From Actinomycetales bacterium (GTDB lineage: Bacteria; Actinomycetota; Actinomycetes; Actinomycetales; JBBRBF01): 64,000 nucleotides of DNA. This document shows, in pieces, positions 17,033 through 25,411 of the stretch. Every line of letters starts with the position of its first letter. Within the stretch, counting starts at the first letter, position 1. Below the pieces are notes generated by a model. It made no database searches. It saw only the letters and a program-made list of their open reading frames with translations, and was not told the DNA's origin. Where the stretch lies: the NCBI GenBank assembly GCA_038206105.1, contig JBBRBF010000004.1, forward strand, positions 8,053-72,052, written 5' to 3'. Made by a program: the position numbers and the translations under genes.

Positions 17033-17661
17033 GCTCCGTCGCGCAGCAGTGCGAGCACGTCGGCGGAGGGCAGCACGGCCTCGCACGTCAGGGCGAGGTC
17101 GGCGAGGGACGCCTCATGGGCGGCGGGGTCGGCGGCGGCCACGCAGTCGGAGACCACGACGACGTGGAAGCCGAGGTCGGTGCCGTGCCGCGCCGTCTGC
17201 TCGACGGTCACGTTGGTCGCGACCCCGGTCACGAGCAGCGTGTCGACGCCGTGGTCGGCGAGCCACGTGGGCAACGGGCACCCGGCGAGACCGGAGAGGC
17301 GCTGGTTGTCGCTGACGTGGTCCGTCGCCGGGTCGTACCCGACGTCGGGGACCAGGGCCGTCCCGGCGGAGTCCGGCCGGAACGCGTGCTGGGCCTCACC
17401 CACCGCACGCATGAACGCGGTGTTGCGCACCAGCGCACCCTCGTCGGCGGGGACGGTGAACCGCGTGAACACGACGCCCGCACCGGCGTCGCGGGCGCCG
17501 ACGTGCAGATCACGGGCCCGCGCCTCGACGCCGGACTCTGCGACGGGCCCCGCGAGGATCGCCCCGAAGAACCCCTCCGGACGCACCACGTTCACCTGCC
17601 AGTGCAGCGCGAGGACGGCGCTGCGCCGCGCCTCGATCGGGTGGTCCAGGCGCCGGGTCAT
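17029..17661 (-). CDS. Isochorismatase-family cysteine hydrolase
   Basis: 210 aa with LLVTGVATNVTVEQTARHG and VVVSDCVAA (catalytic Cys context). ATGA overlap with the upstream gene. Confidence 0.85.
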   Translation of the reverse strand: MTRRLDHPIEARRSAVLALHWQVNVVRPEGFFGAILAGPVAESGVEARARDLHVGARDAGAGVVFTRFTVPADEGALVRNTAFMRAVGEAQHAFRPDSAGTALVPDVGYDPATDHVSDNQRLSGLAGCPLPTWLADHGVDTLLVTGVATNVTVEQTARHGTDLGFHVVVVSDCVAAADPAAHEASLADLALTCEAVLPSADVLALLRDGA

Positions 17662-19121
17662 CGGGCAATCATCCCACCGAGCTCCTCCCAGGCCCGTTCG
17701 GTGCCCCCGGCGACGACGTCCGCGCCGGGGGTGTTCACGGCGTCCGCGGTGACCCCGCAGTGCAGGTGCTCACCGGTGGACAGGACCCCGACCGTGACCC
17801 GCATCCGCTGCCCCAGCGGGATGCACGGGAACGCCTCGAGCAGGGTGCGTCCGGCGAGCGAGCGGGTCCCCGCGGGACCGGGGACGTTCGTCACGGCCGT
17901 CGCGGACCAGCCGTGCCGGGACCGGGCGGCGGACCGCTCGAGTGCGGCCGCCAGGGGCTCGGGCAGCCGTTCCACGAGGCCGAGGGCCGCGACCGGGCCG
18001 AGGGCGGCCGGCCCCGCCGTGGCCTCCCGGAGCCGAAGGTGCACCAGCCGCACCCTCGCCACCGGGTCCGGCTCGGACACCGGCAGGCCGACGACCACCC
18101 CGGAGACGAGGTTGCCCCCCGAGCCCCGCTGCCCGGGGTGCCGCAGCGACACCGGCACCAGGGCACGCAGGGTGCGCCCCGCCACCGGCGTGCCGCGCGA
18201 GAGCAGCAGGTCGCGCAGACCACCTGTGACGCAGGCGAGCGCCACGTCGTTGACGCTGCCCCCCAACCCTGCCGCGGCCGCCCGGGCGGTCACGAGGTCG
18301 CCGCGTGCCCAGCGCCACTCCCGCCGTGGCGACAGCGGACCCGACAGCAGCCGCTCGCCGGGCCCGACGGCCGACGCGAGGCGGGCGACGCCCGCGACCC
18401 CCCGCAGCGGCGTGGCGGCGCCCAGCACCCGCCGACCCGTGCCCGGCGTCGGGGCCGGCTCCGCCGCCGCGTCGACGCCGCGGCGAGCCGGCCCGGGGTC
18501 CCCGGGTGCCGCTCCCGTCGCGCCGCCGGCGGGCTCGGCCGGCCCGGCCGGGTCCAACAGCGCGAGCAGGGCGTCGACACCGGCCAGTCCGTCCACGAGG
18601 GCGTGGTGCGCGCGGACGAGCACCGCCCACCGGGGCGGCACGCCGCTGGACGCGGGGCCGGCCGCGCCACCGGTGCTGTGGCCTGGAGTGGCCGCGTCCC
18701 AGCCCGTCAGCACGTGTGCGTCCCACAGCGGTCGGTCCCGGGGCAGCGGGGGTTCGAGCAACCGGGAGACGGCCGCCTGCAGCAGCAGCTCGCCCGAACC
18801 GGGCTCGGTCGCCGAGCCGGCCGGCGGGTCCCCGGCGCCAGGGCCGTCCCGGCCGGACGACAGGTCGTGCCACACGAGGTGGCGGGCGACGTCGACGTCC
18901 GCGTCGACCCACCGGGGGCGGCGCAGGTCCCCCACGGTCGTGGCGACGACCTGCCGCAGTCGTCGCGGCAGCCGCTCGGCGAGCAGGCGGCCCAGCGCGG
19001 CACGGCCCGGCGCCGGTCCGGCCAGCACGAGCAGGAAGGCGACGTGCACCGGCTGCACGTCACGCTCCACGCGCAGGAAGGCCGCGTCCAGCGCGGACAG
19101 GCGGTCCCCGCTGCCGGTCAC
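17658..19121 (-). CDS. Wax ester synthase/diacylglycerol acyltransferase (WS/DGAT)
   Basis: HHALVDG active-site motif and N-terminal LSALDAAFL. GTG start overlaps the upstream stop (GTGA). Confidence 0.85.
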   Translation of the reverse strand: MTGSGDRLSALDAAFLRVERDVQPVHVAFLLVLAGPAPGRAALGRLLAERLPRRLRQVVATTVGDLRRPRWVDADVDVARHLVWHDLSSGRDGPGAGDPPAGSATEPGSGELLLQAAVSRLLEPPLPRDRPLWDAHVLTGWDAATPGHSTGGAAGPASSGVPPRWAVLVRAHHALVDGLAGVDALLALLDPAGPAEPAGGATGAAPGDPGPARRGVDAAAEPAPTPGTGRRVLGAATPLRGVAGVARLASAVGPGERLLSGPLSPRREWRWARGDLVTARAAAAGLGGSVNDVALACVTGGLRDLLLSRGTPVAGRTLRALVPVSLRHPGQRGSGGNLVSGVVVGLPVSEPDPVARVRLVHLRLREATAGPAALGPVAALGLVERLPEPLAAALERSAARSRHGWSATAVTNVPGPAGTRSLAGRTLLEAFPCIPLGQRMRVTVGVLSTGEHLHCGVTADAVNTPGADVVAGGTERAWEELGGMIAR

Positions 19122-20065
19122 GGAGCCCCGCTGGCGCGGTCGGGGCCGGCGGGGACGGCCGGGGCGGTGTGGCCGGTGACCTCGGCGAGCCAGTCGCGGA
19201 GCAGGTCGGCGGTGCGCTCGGGGATCTCGAGCATCGGCACGTGGCCGACCCCGGCGAGCTCGACGTAGCGCCAGTCGGGGTGGGCGGCTGCGACGCGGCG
19301 TGCCGCAGCGACCGGGACGAGCCGGTCGAGGTCGCCCTGCACCATGAGCACCGGGGCGCTCACCGCGCCCGTCATGGCCGCGTACGCCCGGTGCCGCGTG
19401 AGCACGCCGAGCAGGCTGCGCGTCGCCGTGAGGTAGGCCGCGTCCAGCCGGCGGTGACCCGACCGCCGGCGCCAGAGCTGCTGATGGGCCTCGACGAGGT
19501 CGGCAGGGACCCGGGAGGGGTCCGCGCAGCACATCCAGATGCTCTGGGCGACCAGCTGCTCCGCCGTGGAGCGCCGCCGTCGCGAACCGATCAGCAGCTC
19601 GCCGAGGCCCGGAACGGCGTAGCCGGCGAACCCGGCCGCGGTCAGGGGGTGCAGCCGGCTCCGGCCGGTGGGGACGGCCGGCGCCATCAGCGCCAGCGCC
19701 GACACGGTCGCGGGCGTGCGCGCGGCCTGGCGCAGGCAGAGCAGCCCGCCCATGGAGTTGCCGAGGAGCGCCACAGGATCCCCCGCCGGTGCGGCGACCT
19801 CGGTGACGAACCGGTGCAGCAGCCGCGCGTGGCCCTCGACCGTGCAGTCCCGCAGCGCCGGGCGGGTGAGCCCGTGCCCGGGCAGGTCGGGCACCAGCAC
19901 GCGGTAGTGGTCGGCCAGGAGGTCGGCCACCGCGAGCCAGTTCGCGTGGGATCCCGCGAGGCCGTGCACGCAGACCAGCGGCGGCGCTGCATCGCCGGCG
20001 TCCCCGACGACCTCAAGGTAGTGCGTCGGGCCGCCGAGGTCGGCCCAGCGGCTGCGCACGGGCAT
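19118..20065 (-). CDS. Alpha/beta hydrolase
   Basis: VHGLAGS oxyanion region and GNSMGG nucleophile elbow. ATG 20065 is preferred. An in-frame GTG at 20170 would pull motif copy B into the CDS. Confidence 0.8.
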   Translation of the reverse strand: MPVRSRWADLGGPTHYLEVVGDAGDAAPPLVCVHGLAGSHANWLAVADLLADHYRVLVPDLPGHGLTRPALRDCTVEGHARLLHRFVTEVAAPAGDPVALLGNSMGGLLCLRQAARTPATVSALALMAPAVPTGRSRLHPLTAAGFAGYAVPGLGELLIGSRRRRSTAEQLVAQSIWMCCADPSRVPADLVEAHQQLWRRRSGHRRLDAAYLTATRSLLGVLTRHRAYAAMTGAVSAPVLMVQGDLDRLVPVAAARRVAAAHPDWRYVELAGVGHVPMLEIPERTADLLRDWLAEVTGHTAPAVPAGPDRASGAP

Positions 20066-20132
20066 TCCTGCAGCATCACCCACCGCGGCCGGTCCTGCCT
20101 CTCCGCCCTGCGGCGATCCGCGATCAGGCACA

Positions 20133-20163
20133 CCCCTCCGGTGATCATGCACATCGGGTACGG
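20133..20163 (+). repeat. C-rich/GGTGATCA motif copy B
   Basis: Plus strand reads cccctccGGTGATCATGCACatcgggtacgg. It forms a 15/17 inverted repeat with the first 32-bp unit downstream. Confidence 0.7.
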
Positions 20164-20188
20164 CCGGCACGGGGGGCCCACACGCGGC

Positions 20189-20316
20189 ACGATGTCCTTG
20201 ATCACCATGGGGACGGCGGCACGACGTCCTTGATCACCATGGGGGCGGGGGCACGACGTCCTTGATCACCATGGGGGCGGGGGCACGACGTCCTTGATCA
20301 CCATGGGGGCGGGGGC
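20189..20316. repeat. 32-bp tandem repeat x4 (three identical units plus one 29/32 variant)
   Basis: Unit acgacgtccttgatcaccatgggggcgggggc at 20221, 20253 and 20285. The variant unit is at 20189. Lies in the divergent intergenic region. Confidence 0.95.
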
Positions 20317-20411
20317 GGCCTCGACCACCGGGGGTGGCGCGCGTCGGGGGGACGGGGGGCGGCCGGGTAGCGTCGGCGGGACACCCGCTCCCCCACGCAC
20401 CCGGAGAACCG

Positions 20412-21347
20412 ATGCCGCTGCGCGCCACCCGCGACGCGACCTGGCTTGTCGCGCTGGCAGCCGGCCTGTGGGGCACGGACGCCCTGCTCCGCCTCCCGCT
20501 GACCGGCGAGTACTCCGCGGCCACGATCGTGGCGGTCGAGCACCTCGTCATCGTCCTGGTGACCCTGCCCTGGCTGCCCGCCGCCATCCGCGCGCTCAGC
20601 GCGGCCTCGCCGAGGACCCGGTGGGCGGTCGTCGTCATCGGGGTCGGGGCCTCCGCGCTGGCGACCGTGCTGTTCACCCAGGCCTTCGGCTACGGCGGGC
20701 CGGTGACGCCGCTGGTGCTGCAGAAGCTGCAGCCCCTCGTCGCGGTCGCCGTGGCGTGGCTGCTGCTGCGCGAGCGGGTCACCCGCCGGTACCCCCTGTT
20801 CCTGCTGCCTGCGCTCGCCGGTGCGTGGCTGCTCGCCTTCGCAGACCCGCTGCGGGCGACACCGAGCAGCACCGTCGCCGCGCTGCTCGCGCTCGGGGCG
20901 GCGGTGCTCTGGGGCACCGGCACCGTGCTGGGCCGGCTGGCCGGGGCGGAGATCGGGTTCCGCGACCTCACGGTGCTGCGCTTCGCGGTCGGGCTCCCGG
21001 CGAGCCTGACCTTCGCCGTGGTCCTCGGCGAGCCGGTCACGGTCGCGCTGCGCGACGTCCCAGGGGTCGTCGGCCTGGCGCTCATCCCGGGTCTGCTGGC
21101 CCTGTCGTTGTACTACCGCGGCCTGCGCCGGACGCCGGCGAGCCGGGCCACGCTCGCCGAGCTCGCGTTCCCGTTCACCGCGGCGCTCGTCGGTGTCGCC
21201 GTGCTGGGCGCCACCCTGACGTGGACGCAGTGGCTCGGGCTGCTCGTGGTCGCCGCGTCGGTGACCGCCCTCGCACTGCACGAGCGCGTGAGCCGCTCCC
21301 CCGCCGTCGCGGTCCCCGCGCCCGTCGAGGAGGCGGTGAGCCGGTGA
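20412..21347 (+). CDS. EamA/DMT-family transporter
   Basis: About 10 TM helices in two EamA-like halves. ATG 20412 preceded by GGAGA. Confidence 0.8.
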   Translation: MPLRATRDATWLVALAAGLWGTDALLRLPLTGEYSAATIVAVEHLVIVLVTLPWLPAAIRALSAASPRTRWAVVVIGVGASALATVLFTQAFGYGGPVTPLVLQKLQPLVAVAVAWLLLRERVTRRYPLFLLPALAGAWLLAFADPLRATPSSTVAALLALGAAVLWGTGTVLGRLAGAEIGFRDLTVLRFAVGLPASLTFAVVLGEPVTVALRDVPGVVGLALIPGLLALSLYYRGLRRTPASRATLAELAFPFTAALVGVAVLGATLTWTQWLGLLVVAASVTALALHERVSRSPAVAVPAPVEEAVSR

Positions 21348-22186
21348 GCTCGTCCCCGCACGGGCGGGCGCCGGACGCACCCGGACCGGCGGGCGGCTCC
21401 CGGGGCGTGCTCGTGACCGGCGGGTCGCGCGGCATCGGCGCGGCGGTCGCCCGCACCTTCGCGGCCCGGGGCGACCGGGTGGCCGTGCACTGCCGCGCCG
21501 CCCGGGGGCGGGGCGAGGAGGTGGCGGCGTCGCTGGACGGCGCGGGCCACGTCGTCGTGCAGGCCGATCTCGCCGACCCCCAGGCCGTCCGGGACATGGT
21601 CGGCGACGCCATCGAGGGGCTGGGGCGGGTGGACGTGCTGGTGAACAACGCCGCGCTGTTCACCGACGCCGCCTCCGGCAGCCGTCGCGGGGACCACCGT
21701 CTGGCGGACACGGGGTACGAGGAGTGGGTGACCGCGTGGCGGCGCACCGTCGACGTCAACCTGCTCGGGACGGCCAACGTCACCTGGTGCGTCGCCCGGC
21801 ACATGCTCGCCGCGCCCGCCGCTGAGGGCCGGCCGGCGGGCCGGGTCGTGTGCGTCGGCTCGCGCGGCGCCTACCGCGGCGAGCCCGACGTGCCCGCCTA
21901 CGGCGCGACGAAGGCGGCCGTGCACTCCCTCGCTCAGTCCCTGGCCCTGTCGCTGGGTCCGGACGGGATCGCGGTGAGCGCCGTCGCGCCCGGCTTCGTG
22001 GCGACCGAGATGGCGGCCGCGGTGCTCGACGGCCCGGGCGGCGACGCCGTCCGCGCGCAGAGTCCCTTCGGACGGGTCGCGACGCCCGAGGAGGTGGCCG
22101 AGGCGGTGCTGTACCTCGCGTCCGACGCCGGTGGCTGGGCGTCCGGGGCCGTGCTCGACGTCAACGGGGCGTCCTACCTGCGCTGA
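21344..22186 (+). CDS. SDR-family oxidoreductase
   Basis: TGGSRGIG and YGATKAA motifs. GTG start overlaps the EamA stop (GTGA). It is the tail of track ORF 20294..22186. Confidence 0.85.
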   Translation: MSSSPHGRAPDAPGPAGGSRGVLVTGGSRGIGAAVARTFAARGDRVAVHCRAARGRGEEVAASLDGAGHVVVQADLADPQAVRDMVGDAIEGLGRVDVLVNNAALFTDAASGSRRGDHRLADTGYEEWVTAWRRTVDVNLLGTANVTWCVARHMLAAPAAEGRPAGRVVCVGSRGAYRGEPDVPAYGATKAAVHSLAQSLALSLGPDGIAVSAVAPGFVATEMAAAVLDGPGGDAVRAQSPFGRVATPEEVAEAVLYLASDAGGWASGAVLDVNGASYLR

Positions 22187-22230
22187 GACGGTCCTGTCGC
22201 GCCCGGCCCGGGCGAGGCGTTGGGCGCGAC

Positions 22231-22267
22231 GGCCCCGCGACCGCCGTCCGGGGCGGGGTCGCGGGGC
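22231..22267. terminator. GC-rich hairpin between convergent genes
   Basis: ggccccgcgacc ... ggtcgcggggcc forms a perfect 12-bp stem. Confidence 0.5.
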
Positions 22268-22284
22268 CGTGCGCTCCGGGCGCG

Positions 22285-22760
22285 CTACCGGTGACCGCGT
22301 CCGTTGCGGTTCGAGAACTTCGGTTGGCTCTGCACGTTGAGCTCGTCGAAGTCGACCCGTGCGGCCTTCTCGAACCGCCGTCCGCGCAGCTCGAGCACGT
22401 CGAAGCCCTTGACGATGTCGGAGCTGTAGACGTAGCCGTTGTACCAGTACGCCGACCAGGTGCCGCCCACGACGAGCTCGGTGTCGCCGAGCGTGCCGCG
22501 CTCCCAGTAGCCGAGCTCGCGCGGGTTGCGCGTGTTCGTGAAGTCCCACACCGAGACCAGACCCCGCCCTGGTACCAGGACTGCACCATCACGTCCCGGC
22601 CCGGAACCGGGACCAGGGAGCCGTTGTGGGCGACGCAGTTCTCGGTGGACGCGTTCTCGCGCGGGATCTTGTAGTAGCTGCGCTTCACGAGCTCGCGCCT
22701 GTCCCGCCGGCCGACGATGTCGTAGATGCCGTTGGCGCCGCGCGTGTCCGCGATCTCCGG
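22285..22760 (-). pseudogene. LVIVD-repeat (beta-propeller) protein remnant, 5'-truncated and frameshifted
   Basis: Homology runs in one frame (NCVAHNGSLVPVPGRDVMVQSWYQGG). It then continues in another frame (SVWDFTNTRNPRELGYWERG...YWYNGYVYSSD). The shift at about 22550-22565 looks like a small gtctg duplication. Confidence 0.6.
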
Positions 22761-22784
22761 TTCGCGCGGCTGCGGTCGTCGACC

Positions 22785-22973
22785 GGCACCGAGTTCGACC
22801 GGCGGTGGCTGGCGCTGATGACACGGCACCACGAGGGCGCGCTGCGGATGGCGGCCGACCGCGACGACTGCGGCGGCGCGGACCAGCGCGTCGGCGAGAT
22901 CGCGGCCGGTGTCGTCGCCGAGCAGGGCGCCGAGATCAACCGGATGGCCACCGTCCTGAACGAGATCGGCTGA
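22785..22973 (+). pseudogene. DUF305-family protein remnant (C-terminal third only)
   Basis: GTEFDRRWLALMTRHHEGALRMA ... QGAEINRMATVL. No N-terminal part or plausible start. It abuts the truncated LVIVD remnant on the other strand. Confidence 0.55.
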
Positions 22974-22977
22974 GCCG

Positions 22978-23358
22978 TCAGGGAACCCCGGCCGCCCGCG
23001 CGGCCGGCCCGCCCTCCGGAGAGGGCGGGCCCTGCCGGGGGGCGAGCTCGGACCACCGGACGTCGGTCACGGCCCCTCCCCGGACGTGGACCGGCGCCGT
23101 CGGCGCGCCGTCCGGCTGCCAGAGCACGTAGCTGCCCTCCCGCAGCGCCGGGTACACGGCGGCGAACACCTCGCCGTGCGGTCCGGCGCCGCGGGACAGC
23201 ACCGCGACGTGGCTGCGCTCACCGGGGCGGTCCAGCGGACTGATCTCGATCTCGGCGCCCGCCAGCCGGGCGTCGGTGCGCAGCACGAGCGCACCGACGT
23301 CCCCGCCGACGTCCACCACGACCGGTCCCTGCCCTGCGTGCGGGTTGTGGGCGCTCAC
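22978..23358 (-). CDS. Hypothetical protein, translationally coupled to DUF4331 gene
   Basis: GTG start overlaps the DUF4331 stop (GTGA). 126 aa, beta-rich composition. Family not recognised. Confidence 0.55.
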   Translation of the reverse strand: MSAHNPHAGQGPVVVDVGGDVGALVLRTDARLAGAEIEISPLDRPGERSHVAVLSRGAGPHGEVFAAVYPALREGSYVLWQPDGAPTAPVHVRGGAVTDVRWSELAPRQGPPSPEGGPAARAAGVP

Positions 23359-24803
23359 GGCGCCGGGGTGCTGAAGCCGTCCTTGGGATGGCCCAGGTAC
23401 GGGAACTCGGCGAGGTAGTCCACCGGTGCGACACCCTGGGTGACGGCGCCGGCGGCGTCGTCCGGGGTGTAGTCCGCCACCAGCGGGTAGGTCGCCCCCG
23501 CGATCGCGCGGATCTCGATCGTGACGACGTCGTCGGCCGGTCGCCGCCCGTTCGGGAAGCCCGCCAGGTCCCCGCCGAGGACACCCAGGTTGTCGGGGGC
23601 CGACGACGGGGGCACCGCCACGTTCAGTCGCAGCAGGTCGGCGTAGGTGGTGCCCGTGAACGTCGTGAGTCCCTCGACGACGCCCGCGGGCAGCCCCGTC
23701 AGCAGGATGGCGACGAGGTCCGCCCGGTCGTCGTCCAGCGCGGCGAGGTTCGGGAAGACGCCGGGGTACAGCACCGGGAGCAGCCGAGCCAGCTCGGGCT
23801 GCTGCACGAAGCGCAGGTAGTCGCGATCGCGGCGCGGCTCGTCGCTGTTCCACTCGTCCTTCAGACCCATCGGGACGACGACCTCGTTGAACAGGGGGTT
23901 CCCGAGCCGGGAGACCTGCGTGAAGGCGCCGGCGCCCCGGAAGGCGCCGAGACGGTCGTCGAACACCCGGGCGCGGCGCCGGTAGGCGGACGTCCACACC
24001 CCGATCACAGCGGCCGGGTCGTCGACGTCCGCGGGGACCGAGCCGTCCCGCGTCAGGTCGCTGATGGGGACCTGCAGCGCGATGGTGTGGACGTTGAGGT
24101 CCTTCGTGGCGTTCACACCGTCCATCGCCGCCATCGGCAGCAGGTGCAGGTCCTGGACCGGACGCAGCGCGCCCAGGTCGAAGATCGCGCCGAGGTCGAC
24201 GTAGAAGCCCTCCGCCCGCTGGCCGGCGAAGACCTTCCGGCCGCCGCCGAGGTCGTGCACGGCGGCGGCGGCGAGTGTCGGGTAGTCCGGGGTCGAGCGG
24301 GGGCCGACGTTGCACGGCGGGCTCGGCAGCCGCTCCGCGAGAACCTCGGTGCGCCTGCGCCGCCGGTCGTCACGGTCGTCGTCACGGTCGTCGTCACGGT
24401 CGTCGTAGTCGCCGCCGCGGCGACGGTCGTCGTCCTTGCCATGACGGCCACCGACGCGACGGGAGACGCTGTAGAACTGGCGCCGGTTGAAGTCCTCGTC
24501 GTCCAGCGACGTGATCTGGCCGGTGTTGTACAGGAACGTGTCGGGGTTGCGGACCTCGGTGGTGAACCGGAACGCGTAGGTCACGTCCGCATCGGCGCGA
24601 CCGCCGTTGGAGATGTTGATCTCGTAGAGCACGTCGTCGCCGAACTCGTAGAAGTTCGGCCCGCCGGCCGGCTCCTGGAGCGGCACGTAGTTCGCGATGA
24701 GGGTGACGGTGTCGGGCCGGTCCGGGCTGACGAAGGCGTAGACGTCGGTGGAGTCGGCGACGGGGTCCTTGGCGATCTCGGGCGCCTCGCGGTGGCTGGA
24801 CAC
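23355..24803 (-). CDS. DUF4331 domain-containing protein
   Basis: Characteristic N-terminus MSSHREAPEIAKDP..D.TDVYAF and length. Contains an unusual D/R-rich insert. Confidence 0.85.
   Translation of the reverse strand: MSSHREAPEIAKDPVADSTDVYAFVSPDRPDTVTLIANYVPLQEPAGGPNFYEFGDDVLYEINISNGGRADADVTYAFRFTTEVRNPDTFLYNTGQITSLDDEDFNRRQFYSVSRRVGGRHGKDDDRRRGGDYDDRDDDRDDDRDDRRRRRTEVLAERLPSPPCNVGPRSTPDYPTLAAAAVHDLGGGRKVFAGQRAEGFYVDLGAIFDLGALRPVQDLHLLPMAAMDGVNATKDLNVHTIALQVPISDLTRDGSVPADVDDPAAVIGVWTSAYRRRARVFDDRLGAFRGAGAFTQVSRLGNPLFNEVVVPMGLKDEWNSDEPRRDRDYLRFVQQPELARLLPVLYPGVFPNLAALDDDRADLVAILLTGLPAGVVEGLTTFTGTTYADLLRLNVAVPPSSAPDNLGVLGGDLAGFPNGRRPADDVVTIEIRAIAGATYPLVADYTPDDAAGAVTQGVAPVDYLAEFPYLGHPKDGFSTPAP
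24365..24409 (-). repeat. 12-bp tandem repeat (gtcgtcgtcacg, about 3.75 units) encoding DDDR repeats
   Basis: Direct reading. Lies inside the DUF4331 CDS. Confidence 0.9.
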
Positions 24804-24807
24804 GCCG

Positions 24808-25104
24808 TCACCCCGCCAGTCGGGCGAGGGTGCGGGCGAGCTGCGCGTCGGTGACGACCGTCTCCCGGTCGTCGACCATCAGCGTGATCTCGCCGGCCGC
24901 CACGTCGCTCACGTAGGCCACCACCGAGCCGACGAGCTCGTCCAGGGGGCCGTCCTGCGTCGCAGCGCCCCCCGCTCCGGCGAGAGCACCGACGACGGCG
25001 ACGCCGCCCGTGAGCGCCCCCGCGCCCGCAGCGACGGAGCCGGCGCCTGCCATCAGGAAGGAACGCCGGGAGTGCCCGGCAGCGAGTATCGCGTGTGCAG
25101 TCAT
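24808..25104 (-). CDS. Small Tat-signal protein
   Basis: ATG 25104 with GAGAGGAAAG upstream. Twin-arginine motif SRRSFL followed by an A/G-rich hydrophobic region. 98 aa. Confidence 0.6.
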   Translation of the reverse strand: MTAHAILAAGHSRRSFLMAGAGSVAAGAGALTGGVAVVGALAGAGGAATQDGPLDELVGSVVAYVSDVAAGEITLMVDDRETVVTDAQLARTLARLAG

Positions 25105-25207
25105 GGTCTTTCCTCTCGGCCGGCAACGCCGGCGGGGGCGCCGGCCCCATGTCGGCGTCCGGGGCGCGTCACCGCCGCCGACGGCGACGACGGTGCCCTC
25201 CCGCGCT

Positions 25208-25240
25208 CCGGGTCCCACCCGCATCGCGGGGGGGACCCGG
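25208..25240 (-). other. Very stable hairpin (15-bp stem with one mismatch, 3-nt loop) in the 5' region of the DUF4331 operon
   Basis: ccgggtcccacccgc atc gcgggggggacccgg. Confidence 0.6.
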
Positions 25241-25365
25241 GAGCAGCGTGTGCCCACAGACCCGCCCCGTCAAGTAGAACGGGTGAACCCGCGGCCTCTG
25301 TCGGAGCGCGAGCGGGCGGATGAGCCGGGTCACGGGAGCGGGTGGACGACGGCGGCGGGGCGCGT

Positions 25366-25394
25366 GGGACCCGGAGTGCATGATCACCGCGGAG
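25366..25394 (-). repeat. C-rich/GGTGATCA motif copy C
   Basis: Minus strand reads ctccgcGGTGATCATGCACtccgggtccc. Confidence 0.6.
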
Positions 25395-25411
25395 CGGTGG
25401 GGACGTGCGAA

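Noticed and set aside
19118-20170. The longer version of the hydrolase gene starting at GTG 20170
   Set aside because: The extra 35 residues are G/P/R-rich and would place motif copy B in coding sequence. ATG 20065 gives a normal N-terminus before the HG oxyanion motif. This remains uncertain.
20189-20316. The 32-bp repeat array as a CRISPR array
   Set aside because: The units are directly contiguous with no spacers. No cas genes or leader are nearby, and the units are only 32 bp with internal C/G runs.
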